A DNA stretch of 64,000 nucleotides. Origin: Octopus sinensis. Its lineage: Eukaryota. Below, piece by piece: positions 26,513 to 39,574 of the stretch. Every line of letters starts with the position of its first letter. Position 1 is the first letter of the stretch. The position numbers and the translations under genes are program-made. The notes beneath the pieces were generated by a model that did not search any database, was not told the DNA's origin, and saw only the letters and a program-made list of their open reading frames with translations. The stretch is from NCBI RefSeq assembly GCF_006345805.1, contig NC_043015.1:39928001-39992000 (forward strand), given 5' to 3'.

Positions 26513-26730
26513 AAAATGTGACCTCATGTGCACCGTTGGCAATTTTTTTCCTCTGTCTTCCCTTCTCTGGATCTTTCCTTCTCCTATGTTTCCGACGAAG
26601 AGCTCCGCTCGAAATGTTAAACCCTCCTTCTTCCCTTCTTTCCTTCGCGTCCAATAATACTATATTTGTTCCATGTCCTCGCGTTGTTGTGGTTTTTTTT
26701 TGTGCTTTCTTGTATGGATTAACTCGTATA
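26513..26730 (+). mobile_element. Related short element with HHR-like motif (U4C core) at 26588-26622
   Basis: GUUU CCGACGA A GAGC UCC GCUC GAA AUGU U AAAC; second copy at 34401-34600. Confidence 0.6.
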
Positions 26731-26741
26731 TACATATATAT

Positions 26742-26790
<49 letters not shown>

Positions 26791-26896
26791 CAGACAGACA
26801 GATATTATGTTTCAATGTAGTTAGTTATTAGTTTGATAGAAGGGTGAAGTGTGAAGGAAAAGAAAGCAAAAAGAAGAGCATGAGAAGAGAAAAGGG

Positions 26897-26929
<33 letters not shown>

Positions 26930-28136
26930 CAAGAGAAAGGAGGGGTGGGTGGGTGGTAACAAAGCAACAAACAAGCTGAGGAAGGTGGAAAGTTCAATGT
27001 TGAACTTTGACCCAATTCACAACAGGGTCCCTTGTGATGATGATGATACTTATGTCTATCCACCCCACCCCACCCCCCAACTCCCTATTCTACAACTGTA
27101 ACAGGGGACAGCAGAGGTTGCAGACCAGACTAGAATTAGCGGGAGGAGGAGAAGAATATATATATATATATAATATAATCAATGTTACAGCAGCAGCAGC
27201 AGTAGTAGTAGTAGTAGTAAAATAGTAGGGGACAATAGTAGTAACAGAGCTACTAAGAAAAAGGGACAAAGTGAAGTGGTGGTGGTATCCCCCCCCCCGC
27301 CCCCCAGTCAGAAGATATTAATTCACTATTAGTAAGCTATAAAAAAAAGGGGGTCTTTCAGTGTGAATTTATGCCTCTTCTGTCTATTATAACACATATT
27401 GCTTTATCCCCTAACAATCTGCTAATGTCTCCCGTATCCCAAACTCCATGTAATCCCACCACCACCACTGATCCTTCCCCCTTGTTTTGTGGGCACCGTT
27501 TACCATCTGTGGGCCCTTGAAATCCTTATTATGCTGGACCCAGGCGGAATTTTGCCTGTCTTTACGTTCTGAGTTCGAATTCCGCCGAAATCGACTTTGC
27601 CTTTCATCCTTTCGGGGTGGATAAATTAAGTACCAGTTGCATACTGGGGTCAATACAATCGACTTTACTCCATCCCTGAACGTGCTGGCGTTGTGCCAAA
27701 ATTTGAAACCATCATCATCATTATTATTATTATTATTAAGGCGGCGAGGTGTCAGAATCGTTAGCACACTGGGTGAAATTGCTTATCAGTATTTCGTCTG
27801 TCTTTACGTTCTGGGTTCAAATGCTGCCAGGGTCAACTTTGCCTTTCATCCTTTTGGGGGTCAATGAAATAAATACCAATTATTTACTGGTGTCAATGTA
27901 ATCAACTACCCCCTTCCCTAAAGAATATTACAGAGTAATATGGAAAAACCAAAGAGCAAAACGGGCCTCCAACTTTTCTAAGAAAAGCATAGCTGGATAA
28001 AAACTTGGCTCCTGGGACTATCCACTATCTATTCAACCAAAGGAAGTACATTTATCATCTGGAATGATGTAAAAGAAATGCTGATGACTGACTATATTCA
28101 TTAATTAACTGCATTGAATAATTAATTTCATCAATA

Positions 28137-28540
28137 GGCACAGGAGTGGCTGTGTGGTAGGTAGCTTGTTTACCAACCACATGGTTCCGGGTTCAGTCCC
28201 ACTGCGTGGCACCTTGGGCAAGTGTCTTCTACTATAGTCTCGGGCTGACCAAAGCCTTGTGAGAGGATTTGGTAGACGGAAACTGAAAGAAGCCTGTCGT
28301 ATATATGTATATATATATATATGTATGTGCGTGTGTGTTTGTGTGTCTGTGTTTGTCCCCCTAGCATTGCTTGACAACCAATGCTGGTGTGTTTATGTCC
28401 CCATCACTTAGCGGTTCGGCAAAAAGAGACCGATAGAATAAGTACTGGGCTTACAAAAATAAGTCCCGGGGTCGAGTTGCTCGATTAAAGGCGGTACTCC
28501 AGCATGGCCGCAGTCAAAATGACTGAAACAAGTAAAAAGA
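28137..28540 (+). mobile_element. SINE family A, full-length (tRNA-like head, CORE-like GGCACCTTGGGCAAGTG block, internal (TA/TG)n)
   Basis: Many near-identical copies: 3349-3880(-), 8620-8935(+), 11615-12027(-), 14122-14562(-), 33700-33830(-), 37960-38150(+), 48036-48385(+), 57584-58024(+), 62380-62925(+). Confidence 0.85.
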
Positions 28541-29088
28541 GAAAGAGAGTGGGTTGCAAACGAACACTTTTTCCTCCTACCCCTTACACTCCCTCTTGGT
28601 TCAGTAATTCCTCTTATACTTCAACCCTCCCTCAACCACTTCACTCCTCCTCTTTTCATTTTGCTTTTCTTTTTCTCTGTCACTCACCAAATTTCTCTCT
28701 GCTCCTCCTCCTACTACTACTTCCTGTCTACTACACATTGTCTTGTGTTCCTCATCAGTTGCAGCCAATTTCTCAACCATACAAGATGTAAAACCTCTTG
28801 TGGTCTCTCCTGTCATCTCTTCCCTAATGAAAGGACTCTAATCCAAAAACATTTCAATTCCTACAGCAATTTCACTTATCTTTTATTTGTTTCAGTCATT
28901 TGACTGTGGCCATGCTGGAGCACCGTCTACAATAATTTTAGTCTCCACCCCAGGACTTATTCTTTTAAAGCCTGTTACTTATTCTATCACTCTTTTGTTG
29001 AACCAGCAAGTTACAGGGATGTAAACACACCAACACTAGTCATCAAATAGTGGTGGGGGACAAACACAGACACAAGAACATAGGTACA

Positions 29089-29123
<35 letters not shown>

Positions 29124-29904
29124 GAATAAATAAATAAATGAAGTTGAACGAAGATGTTAATAAAATTCCTTTACTTTCGACATATGTTTCGAAGACAACA
29201 TGGTTTTATTCCAAAGGATAATTTATTCACCCATCGAAATATATATACATACACACACACACACACGATATCTATCTATATATATATAGATATGATTTGC
29301 CATGCTGGACTGTTAAATCTACAGGTTTTCTTTTTTTCATTCTCTCCCCGTCTATTTTCTCTTATTCCTTTCTTTTGAAGAGCGTAGGCTCGGAATGTAT
29401 AAAAGACTTCATTTTTCCCGAGCGTCAAACTAATACAGTTGCTTGTTGTTCATACACCAGTCATGGTCTTTTGTTTTTCTATACATTTCAATTATATATA
29501 TATATATATATATATGCTTTCGGTGTGAACACAATTGCGTTAACAAAAGGATGTGGGGTTCGACTCCTACGCAGATAGGAAAACCTTTATTCTGTCAAGG
29601 GCTTATATGCCCCTTTATTACACTATTTTCCTTAGTCATTGCATAGCGATCGTGATAAGCTTTAAAAGCTTTATATAAAAATACCATTATATCATCATCA
29701 TCATTTACACTAGCGTGACAGAGAAGCCAGGTCATACCTGTAATAAACCCAATTCTTAGATATGGATGGGTGCGTTCAACTGCGTGTGAGGCAGCAGAAA
29801 CAGCAACACCATTGGTAGTGTGTGAGTATAGGGATGCCGAACCTGGACAGATCGGCTGAATGTGTCAGCGATCGAAGTTGATGTTCAGATGGATCACCAA
29901 AGCA

Positions 29905-29949
<45 letters not shown>

Positions 29950-31694
29950 TATATATATATCTATATATACACACACACACATATATATATATATATCTAT
30001 ATATATACACACACACATATACACACACACACACATATATATATATGAATGGTCTTCTTTCAGCTTCTACCAAATCAACCCTTAAGGCTTCAGTTGACGC
30101 AAGACTATATATATATAGCAGAAAATACTTGCTGGGGTGCCACGCAGTGAGACTGAACACGGAACCATGTGGCTGGGACTGGGAAGGGAACTTGTTATCC
30201 CACATCCATGCCTCTCCCCACCTATGTGCTCCCTTCTTGCTCTTCAGTTATTTTGTTTTTGTTTTTTAATACAAGTCTCGCCAAAGAAATAAAGGACCAC
30301 TACTATCAGTCTCTTCTGATTCTATTTATCTGATTATACTAGACTACTAATACTATTACATACGAGGAAGTGGAGTAAAAGCAACATGACAAGAGTAACA
30401 CCCCAATCTCCACCACCACCACCACCATGTGACAAGTTTGTTGTTTTACTTGAATGGTGAGGAAATTTGACATATTGGACAAAATTTACAGCAGGTGTGT
30501 GTGTGCGAATAGTGAAGTGGGTATGTGTTAAAATAGTGTGTGAATATGCATGTGTGTATTGTATTGAAGTGTGTGTGTGTGTGTGTGTATGTGTGTGCTA
30601 AAGTGGGTGTGTGGATGCATGTGTGTGAGCTGGCCATGTGTGTGTGTGTGTGATGATGCAAGAAAAAGGTGAGGTTAAAAAACCAAGACACTGTAAAACC
30701 ATTTCTACCCCCCCCAGCTCCCTCTCACATTCACCCCCCACCTCCCACCCAGTCATCCCTCCCCCAATCACCCCACCCCCACCATCCTGTCACGACTCCT
30801 CCCCTCTATGAAGGGCTTTTTTTTTCTCTTCCCTTCCATTTTATTTTATTTTATTTTATAAATACAAAAAAAAAGTCTTTCACAGACAGAAAATCTCCAT
30901 TGTGTCCGCACCACCAGCAGAGCCACCACCACCACCACCACCACACAACCACCACTGATACTACAATAACTGACACCACCCCCATTGCCACCACACTGTA
31001 TCTACAACCACACACACACACACACACATACATCAACTATATAGTTACAACTGCAGTGGCATCAATGGCTGCCACCATTATACTACATCCTCAACAACAA
31101 CCACCACCACTACCACCACCATCAACACCACAGCTGAGTAATAGTTACTACTACTACCTTAACCCACCACCACTACCACCGTTATTGCTGTTACCTCTAC
31201 CCACCCCCATTAACCATCATTCAATCATGAAGTGGGGAGAAGGGGGTGAGGTAACCTGAAGTCCATTAGCTGTTTGTAACAAAAGATTTTGGCTGAAGAC
31301 TTCTCAAAACTGGACTGTGAAGTGGTTGATGGTGGCGATGGTGGTGGTGGTGAAGAAGGGGGTGGTGATGGTGGCGGTGGTGGTGTTGACAGCAGTTACT
31401 TCACAAAGGAATCAGCTCTAGTGATGACAACAATGATGATGATGATGAAGGGACAGCCTTAAATAATTCATAAAAGCATTCTGGGTAAAAAAAAAAAAGG
31501 AAAAAGGAAGAACTGGGCCTCCCTCACCACCTCCCACTCCCCGCCCTCCGCCCCAAACAATGTCCTCCTGTCAATTTTATACAACATCCCACACCTTGCT
31601 GCCTTTACAACTTGCCAATTTAAACAACCACTTCCACCACTACCAACACCAACCAGACACTCTATTATACAGCCCTTACAACAAATACTACCAA

Positions 31695-31747
<53 letters not shown>

Positions 31748-32421
31748 GTAGTAGTAGTAGTAGACTATTACTACTACCATTTGCTAATCCTACAACTACT
31801 AGGACCCCAACTATCTTCTTACTACAGACCAGATCTCTCTATCTCTAGCCTCACCCCCATCACCTCCACTCTCTCTCTTTCTCTCTCCACTATGGGCCTC
31901 ATCCTCCTCCCCACCAGTTCCCCAACCCTCATCTCAAATAATGATGACAGCAAAATTGTTCTAATTTATTGAAATTTTTACTTTTAAATTTGATGGAGAA
32001 AATGAAAATAGAAAAAAAACCTGGTGGTAATTTGTGGCAACGAGGGGGAGATAATCTAAAGAGGAACTACAGCCAAATCTCCCTCGAACTTCATCATACC
32101 ACTTACTGTCAGTTGTAAAATGAAACAATTCTTTGTCAAAAGGACCTGTTCAACCACGGTTGACCTGGGGTTAAACAACAACACTGGACAAGGGACCATT
32201 CTGTTTCTTAAATAAGATGTCAGCCAGGAACCATTTCCATGTATTCACTCTCTTTTTCTCTCTCTTTCTCTCTCTCTCTATCTCTCTCACAAGATGGGCA
32301 TAAAGAGAAGCAGCAACATTTTATGAAGATTATTTTCAAGACTGTTGTGTGTGGTGTTGTAATTTTGAAGTTTTGCGTTCATCATTTTGGACGGAGTAGC
32401 AGGAAGCAATGAGCAGCTTGC

Positions 32422-32422
<1 letters not shown>

Positions 32423-32461
<39 letters not shown>

Positions 32462-32672
32462 CACACACACACACATATATATACATAATTATATATATTA
32501 TACATATATACATACATTATACATATATATATATACATTATACATATATATATATACATATATATATACATACATATACATATATATATATACATTATAC
32601 ATATATATATATACATATATATATATTATATATATACATATATATATATTATACATATATACATACATATAC

Positions 32673-32706
<34 letters not shown>

Positions 32707-32841
32707 CATACATATACATATATATATATATATACATACATACATATACTATATATATATATATATACATTATACATATATATATACATACATATACATA
32801 CATACACACATACATATACATATATACATACATATACATAT

Positions 32842-32878
<37 letters not shown>

Positions 32879-32890
32879 CATACACACACA
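32423..32890. repeat. Compound (TG)n/(TA)n/(CATA)n microsatellite
   Basis: Direct reading. Confidence 0.95.
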
Positions 32891-33310
32891 CTAACAGGGA
32901 TACCCGGCATTGCCCGTGTTACATGCAATTGAAGAATTAGACTTTTCTGTTGTATTTTCTCTAATGAACTGGAATACCTATGATTCGAATTTCATAAAAA
33001 TTGCAGATGAGGGTTCTTTCCCTCTTTTATACACACCCTAAAATAATTCTAATCATGACACATGTATCCCATACTACTGATTTTTATGTGCAGATTCCAA
33101 AATCCCAGTCTTATGGAACCTGTTAAAAGGATTTTGCTCCTGAAAAATGGAGGTTATGGAGCTCTAAAATGTGAGAGTTAAGGCTCCTATTGGGGGTGGG
33201 TGTCTTAATGTCAACCAGAGAAGTTGAATTGTTGAGAATGTTTTTAACTTGGGTCTTATATCTATAGTTTGAATTTCTTTGAAATAGGAAATATATGTTC
33301 ACTGGGTTTG
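32891..33310 (+). mobile_element. Helitron-like 5' end
   Basis: ACTAACAGGGATACCCGGCATTGCCCG start resembles non-autonomous Helitron 5' termini; a matching-style 3' end (..CACAGACAGACAGAC..TTTATATATATAGAT) lies at ~34860-34940. Confidence 0.4.
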
Positions 33311-33889
33311 TAAAAGACAGTAAAGCTACAGGAAACGAAAAGACGAATGATCACAATAAGCAGTCAGCTACCCTACCCTAGTCGTTATCACTCCCACTGC
33401 AGGATTCCTCACCATCCAGGTGACAGGCACAGCCTTAAGATGCATTACAGATCTATAGCAATTGGAAGGGTGTGACCCAACTGAAACATTAACAACTGTG
33501 TGATGTGAGGGCTAAGGAGAAATGAAAGTGTCACCTCTGGATTTTGCGAATGACCACTATACCAATAGGTAACTGGACAGAATAAATTTACAATCTATAC
33601 ATGTCTTTGAATAACCAGTCACTCATCTGGGAAGGCCCTGAAATCAATGTTACCATCTGGGTACTATGTGTGTGACCCAGTGATAATAAAAAGAGATCAA
33701 CTCACAAGGCTTTGGTTGGTCTGAGGCTATAGCAGAAGACACATGCCAAGTCACCACACAGTGGGACTGAACCCAGAACCACATGTTTTGGAACCAAGTT
33801 TCTTACCATACAACCATACCTGCACCTATGTATGTGTGTGTAATGGTGTATATATGTATGCATATATATGTGTATATATATATATATAT

Positions 33890-34085
33890 AACGGGAAGGT
33901 TTACGAAAATAAACAAAAGACGAAGGCAGGTGGAGTACAAACAAACAAATGTATTAGTATGGCACTCAGGAATAGAAATAGAACAAGTCTTTAACGTTTC
34001 GAGCCTACGCTCTTCAACAGAAAGATACACAGAAAAGAAACAAGGAGAGAAAAAAAATGCGTGCAGGAGCTAACGATTCAACATG
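33890..34085 (-). mobile_element. Same family; HHR-like motif at 33989-34024
   Basis: Sense: CUUU CUGUUGA A GAGC GUAG GCUC GAA ACGU U AAAG. Flanks align with the 8962-9165 copy; (TA)n on both sides. Confidence 0.65.
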
Positions 34086-34400
34086 ATATATATATATATA
34101 TATGTATGTGCAGGTGGCACGTAAAAAACACCCACTACACTCGCGGAGTGGTTGGCGTTAGGAAGGGCATCCAGCCGTAGAAACACTGCCAGATCTGACT
34201 GGGCCTGACGAAGCCTTCCAGCTTCACAGACCCCAGTTGACCCGTCCAACCCATGCTAGCATGGAAAGCAGACGCTAAATGATGATGATGATGTATGTAT
34301 GTATGTATGTATGTATGTGTGTGTGTGTACATATTACATGTACATCTACACATATACATATACATCTATATATATACATTTGTGCACATATATATATATA

Positions 34401-34600
34401 TAAAATGTGACCGTGTGTGTACCGTTGGCGATTTTTTTCCCTCCATCTTCCCTTTTCCTATGTTTCCGACGAAGAGCTCCGCTCAAAACGTTAAACCCTC
34501 CTTCTTCCCTTCCTTCCTGAGTGTCCAATAATACTATATTTGTTCCATGTCCTCATGTTGTTGTGTTTTCTCTTTGTGTTTTCATGTTTGGATTAACTAT
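34401..34600 (+). mobile_element. Second copy of the U4C HHR-like element; motif at 34462-34496
   Basis: GUUU CCGACGA A GAGC UCC GCUC AAA ACGU U AAAC (G12A at a CpG); (TA)n-flanked. Confidence 0.6.
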
Positions 34601-34942
34601 ATATATATATATATTATATATATGCATGTATATATATGTATGCTTGTATATATGTGAGATAATAGTTTCACTTTAATTTAATAGTTTCAGAATTAAAGTG
34701 AAAATATCTGACATTAGAATAGAGAGGTGATATTGTTTCACTTTTGACATGTAATACAGAAATAGTGGAGTTGCTGTGGGCTCACACTAGGCAAGAAGTT
34801 AAACAATTTTGGGGCCTATAACAATACATGGACCCTAAGTAAGGCATGTGTAAAATTTGAATGAAATTGGTTGTGTAGTTCTCAAGTTTTAGGGATTCAC
34901 ACAGACAGACAGACACACATTCTCATCTTTATATATATAGAT

Positions 34943-34986
<44 letters not shown>

Positions 34987-36103
34987 CACACAGGCAAATA
35001 CATTTTATACACACAATAAAACAAGGTAAAAAGAATATGAATGAACAAAGAGGTGGCTTTTTTTTTATCACAGCAAATATTTCTGTTTAACTGTTTCCTA
35101 CAGTAAAAGGTGGGGGTAGTGTGATAGGGTGGGTGTGGGAAGAGAAAGAGGTGGAGAGAGAGAGACAGACAGAGAGACAGACAGATAGTAAACCCGTTCT
35201 GTTCACTAAATTACCTCTTTTCCTCTGTTAAACCCTATTGTTCCACGCACACACAGAGCAGAGATACACCTACGAATACACACAAATACACCTTTAAATA
35301 CATACAGACACAACTATAAATACACACAAACAAATACATCTACAAACACACGCACACACATCTACAAACACACACACACACACGCATCCACACTTCATAC
35401 CCTGTCCTCCTCAATTGGTGTCCTTACACCACCACCACCACCACCACCACCACTCCAGAAGAGAGACATCACCCACACCACTACCAAGTACTTGTACTTT
35501 CTCTGTGCAAACACTACTACCAACTACCACTAACACCACCGCTATCACCATCATCGTCATCATCATCATAAATTTATTAAGAAGGGGTAAAAGAAAACTA
35601 AGAAAACGTTTCACACGCTAGAAATAGCAGCCAAATTCCCTTCAAACTTATATTACTATAAATTTTAAAAAGAAAGAAACAATGTAAGTAACATTTGATA
35701 TTCAGAAAAGACATGATGGTCACGGTTGAAATGCTCTTAATCATTGCGCCGGGGTTGGGTGGGTGTGGGGGGAGCGGGGTAGTGGATGAATCAAGGAGTG
35801 ACATGGGGTTAAAGACAACTTCCTGGGTACCACATACTTGTGGTGGTGGTGGTGGTAGTGGTGGTGGTGACTTTTGGGAGAAAACAAATCAGAAATGTGT
35901 GTGTGTGTGTGTATGTGTAGTGGGAGGGCTGGGAACAATAAATAACAGAGAATGTCAACCAAACTAGGAGAGGGAAGAGAGAACAAAAAAGGCCAACTGG
36001 TTGTCAGGTGTATGTTTGACAGGTGGGTGTATGTATATATAAACAACATACACACACCTGATATACATACATACATACATATATATATATACACACACAC
36101 CTG

Positions 36104-36135
<32 letters not shown>

Positions 36136-36217
36136 CACCCACACCACTACCTGTATATATATATATATATAATATTATATTATATATTATATATATATAT
36201 ACACACACACACACCTG

Positions 36218-36249
<32 letters not shown>

Positions 36250-36261
36250 ATATACACACAC

Positions 36262-36299
<38 letters not shown>

Positions 36300-36308
36300 C
36301 ACACACAC

Positions 36309-36347
<39 letters not shown>

Positions 36348-36483
36348 TGTATATATACACACACACCTGCATATATTATATATATATATTATATATAATA
36401 TATATATTAAACCACACAGTCAATTAGTTCACTGATAAAAAATAACTTATAAAACTGTCAAATTTTTTACTCAGGTGGTTACC

Positions 36484-36525
<42 letters not shown>

Positions 36526-36747
36526 CAGGTGTGCATAAGTTCACATTACATTTACAAACAGCACACACACACACTGTGTGTGTCTACAAACAGCACACAG
36601 TGTGTGTGTACAGAGGAAGTGGGTTAGGAGCAGGACAGTGGGTGGGGTGGGGTAGCCACCCTTGTAGGTCAACAGGAAAAGTCACAACTTCAAACTTCAC
36701 CTCATGCAGGTGTGTGTTGTGTGCACGTGTGTGTGTGTGTGTCTATG

Positions 36748-36829
<82 letters not shown>

Positions 36830-37544
36830 CTTCCTCTTCCTCCACCATCTCCCACTTAGCACAGCTATGTGACTGGCACATATACCTACCTCACTCACCA
36901 AGCACTTCTCCCACTCACAACTGGTCTCATACAGCAAACACCCCACCACCACCACCACCGCCACCATCCACCCCAAGCACCTCTCCCATTCACAAATATT
37001 ATTCTGGCACCACCCTCCAAAGCTCTACTGAAACAACAATCTCACCCACCCCTAACGGCATATCACATGGGTGTACGTTATTTGACATCATGGCCTCACA
37101 TGTAGGTATACAAAGGCGGTACGACACTTGGAATCTCATCTACCTCTAATGGCGTTTCACAGCCTGCTGTATAACGACATCTACCCTGAATAGTAGTATC
37201 TCACACCTATCTACCTACCCCTGGTCCATTATTTTCATAATATCCTTTAAAATTCTCACCTTTAAAGTACCTCGATTAGTCCTTACTCTTTTTCAGATAT
37301 GCGAGTGCTCAACATTTTAACATTAAAATCAGCCATACCCAGCCCAAATAATCTACCTGTACTATGTTTAAACTGACCACACCTGGCCTCTCACACCCAT
37401 CCTACAATGTTTTTTTTCTTAAACTAAGCAATCACATTGTGAAAATGTCTGAGCTACAAGATAGTGCACGATTAAGTCAAAACAATGTAAATATATAACC
37501 ATTACCTTTGTGTGAATGCTAAGGGATTATATATATATAATATT

Positions 37545-37581
<37 letters not shown>

Positions 37582-38174
37582 TATTATAAATGTCATCGTT
37601 TAACGTCCGTTTTCCATGCTGGCATGGGTTGGATGGTATGACAGAGGGCTGGCAAGCCAGAAGGCTGCACCAGTCTCCAATCTGATCTGGCAAAGTTTAT
37701 ACAGCTGAATGCCCTTCCTAATGGCAACCACTCCGAGAGTGTAGTGGGTGCTTTTACATGCCACTGGCACGAGGGCCAGTCAGGCGGTACTGGCATGGGC
37801 CACACTCGAATGGTGCTTTTTACACACCACTTGCACAGGAGCCAGTCCAGCATGTCCCCACCCATGGCTTCAGTTTCAGACCCACTATGCAACACCTTGG
37901 GCAAATGTCTTTAACTATAGCCCCAGGCTTTGTGAATGAATTTCGATGATGGAAACTGAAGGAAGCCCGCCATGTGTGTAATCGTAGGTGCAGGCGTGAG
38001 TGTGTGGTAAGAAGTTTTGGTTCCTCAGCACATGGTTCTAGGTTCAGCTCCACTGAGTGACACCTTGGGCAAGTGTCTTCTACAAAAGCCTCACGTATAG
38101 TACAAAGCTTGTGAGTGGACTTGGTAGATGGAAACTGAAAGAAGCTCATCATATATATATATATATATATATAT

Positions 38175-38345
38175 CTCCTTTTTTCTCTCCTTGTTTTTTT
38201 CTGTGTCCCTTTCTGTAGAAGAGTGTAGGCTCGAAACGTAAAAGACTTTTTCTATTCCTGAGCGTTATACTAATACATCTGTTTGCTTTGTACACCACCT
38301 GTCTTCGTCTTTTGTTTGTTTTTTTGTAAACTCTCCCTATATATA
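38175..38345 (+). mobile_element. Same family; HHR-like motif at 38209-38244
   Basis: CUUU CUGUAGA A GAGU GUAG GCUC GAA ACGU A AAAG; (TA)n on both sides. Confidence 0.65.
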
Positions 38346-39407
38346 TCTGTGTGTGTGTTTCTGTCCCCCACACTGCTTGACAATTCGTAACTTAAGCAGT
38401 TTGGCAAAAGGGACCAATAGAAGGTAAGTATAAGGCTTAAAAGAAAACAATTAGTGCTGGGGTTGATTTGTTTAACTAAAAACCCTTCAAGGCAGAACCC
38501 CAAACATAGCCTCAGCCCTAACAATCTGAATCAAGATGAATGATAAAAGGGGTGTTGTTTTGATATAGCATGATAAGTGTAAACAAGCATCGTTATTATA
38601 CAGGCAGTGCCCTTATTACCTTTCTTGGAAACAGGTAAGGGTTGGTGATAGGAAGGACATCCTGCCATAGAAGATCTGCATCAATGAATTCCACCTGACA
38701 CAGGTAAGCATGGGAAAGTGGACATTAAAACACCAATGAAGTATGAGTGTGTGTGTGTGTGTTATGTATACCCATGTTGTTTTGAGTTAATGAGTGAAAG
38801 GGTCGCATCACAGGTGTGCAATGAAGTGTGGATAGAGAAACAAAAAAACGATGTTTACAGAGAGCAGTCATGTGTGGAAAGCCGTAAAGTAATCGTAAAA
38901 TGGGGTACATAGCTGGCCTCTGTGTACACGAAAGATTATTAAAAGTAATTAAATGCCTACAAAAGGATCATCAAATACCGTATCCGACACCATTGAATGA
39001 ATACAAATTCGTCCACATACACAGATATATCATCGTCACTCAAAAGTTCTATGCTGGCATGGGTTGGAAGGCTCTACAGGATCTGACAAGCTCAAAGACT
39101 GCATCTTGCTCCAATGTCTGTTTTTGGCATGGTTTCTACAGTTGGAGGCCCTTCCTAATGCCAACCACTTTAGAGATTGGACAGAGTGCTTTTTTTTTTC
39201 ATGACACTGGTACCAGTGGCGTCAACATACAGCCCTCAAGGTTATATGATGACCTCAATGGTGACACTCATACACACACGAGCGAGCATAGGGCAGTTTG
39301 AGAGAAGCATTGTGTGACACTTCAAGCCAACACTGATAATCCCAATGGAAAATGAAAGAGACAAGTGAAAACAGAAGAAAGACAAAATAACAGTTTACAC
39401 TTTACTT

Positions 39408-39456
39408 TATATTTCTTATATTTCGGGGTTAATACCCTTCATCAGATGAAATATAT
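39408..39456 (-). ncRNA. Minimal hammerhead ribozyme motif, canonical core
   Basis: Sense: AUAUUUCAU CUGAUGA AGGGU AUUA ACCCC GAA AUAU A AGAAAUAU. Palindromic AUAU stem III; stem I has one bulged A. Confidence 0.55.
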
Positions 39457-39528
39457 AGTATAATATGTGTATATATATATATAATATTATATATGTGTAT
39501 ATATATATATATATAATATATATATATA

Positions 39529-39574
<46 letters not shown>

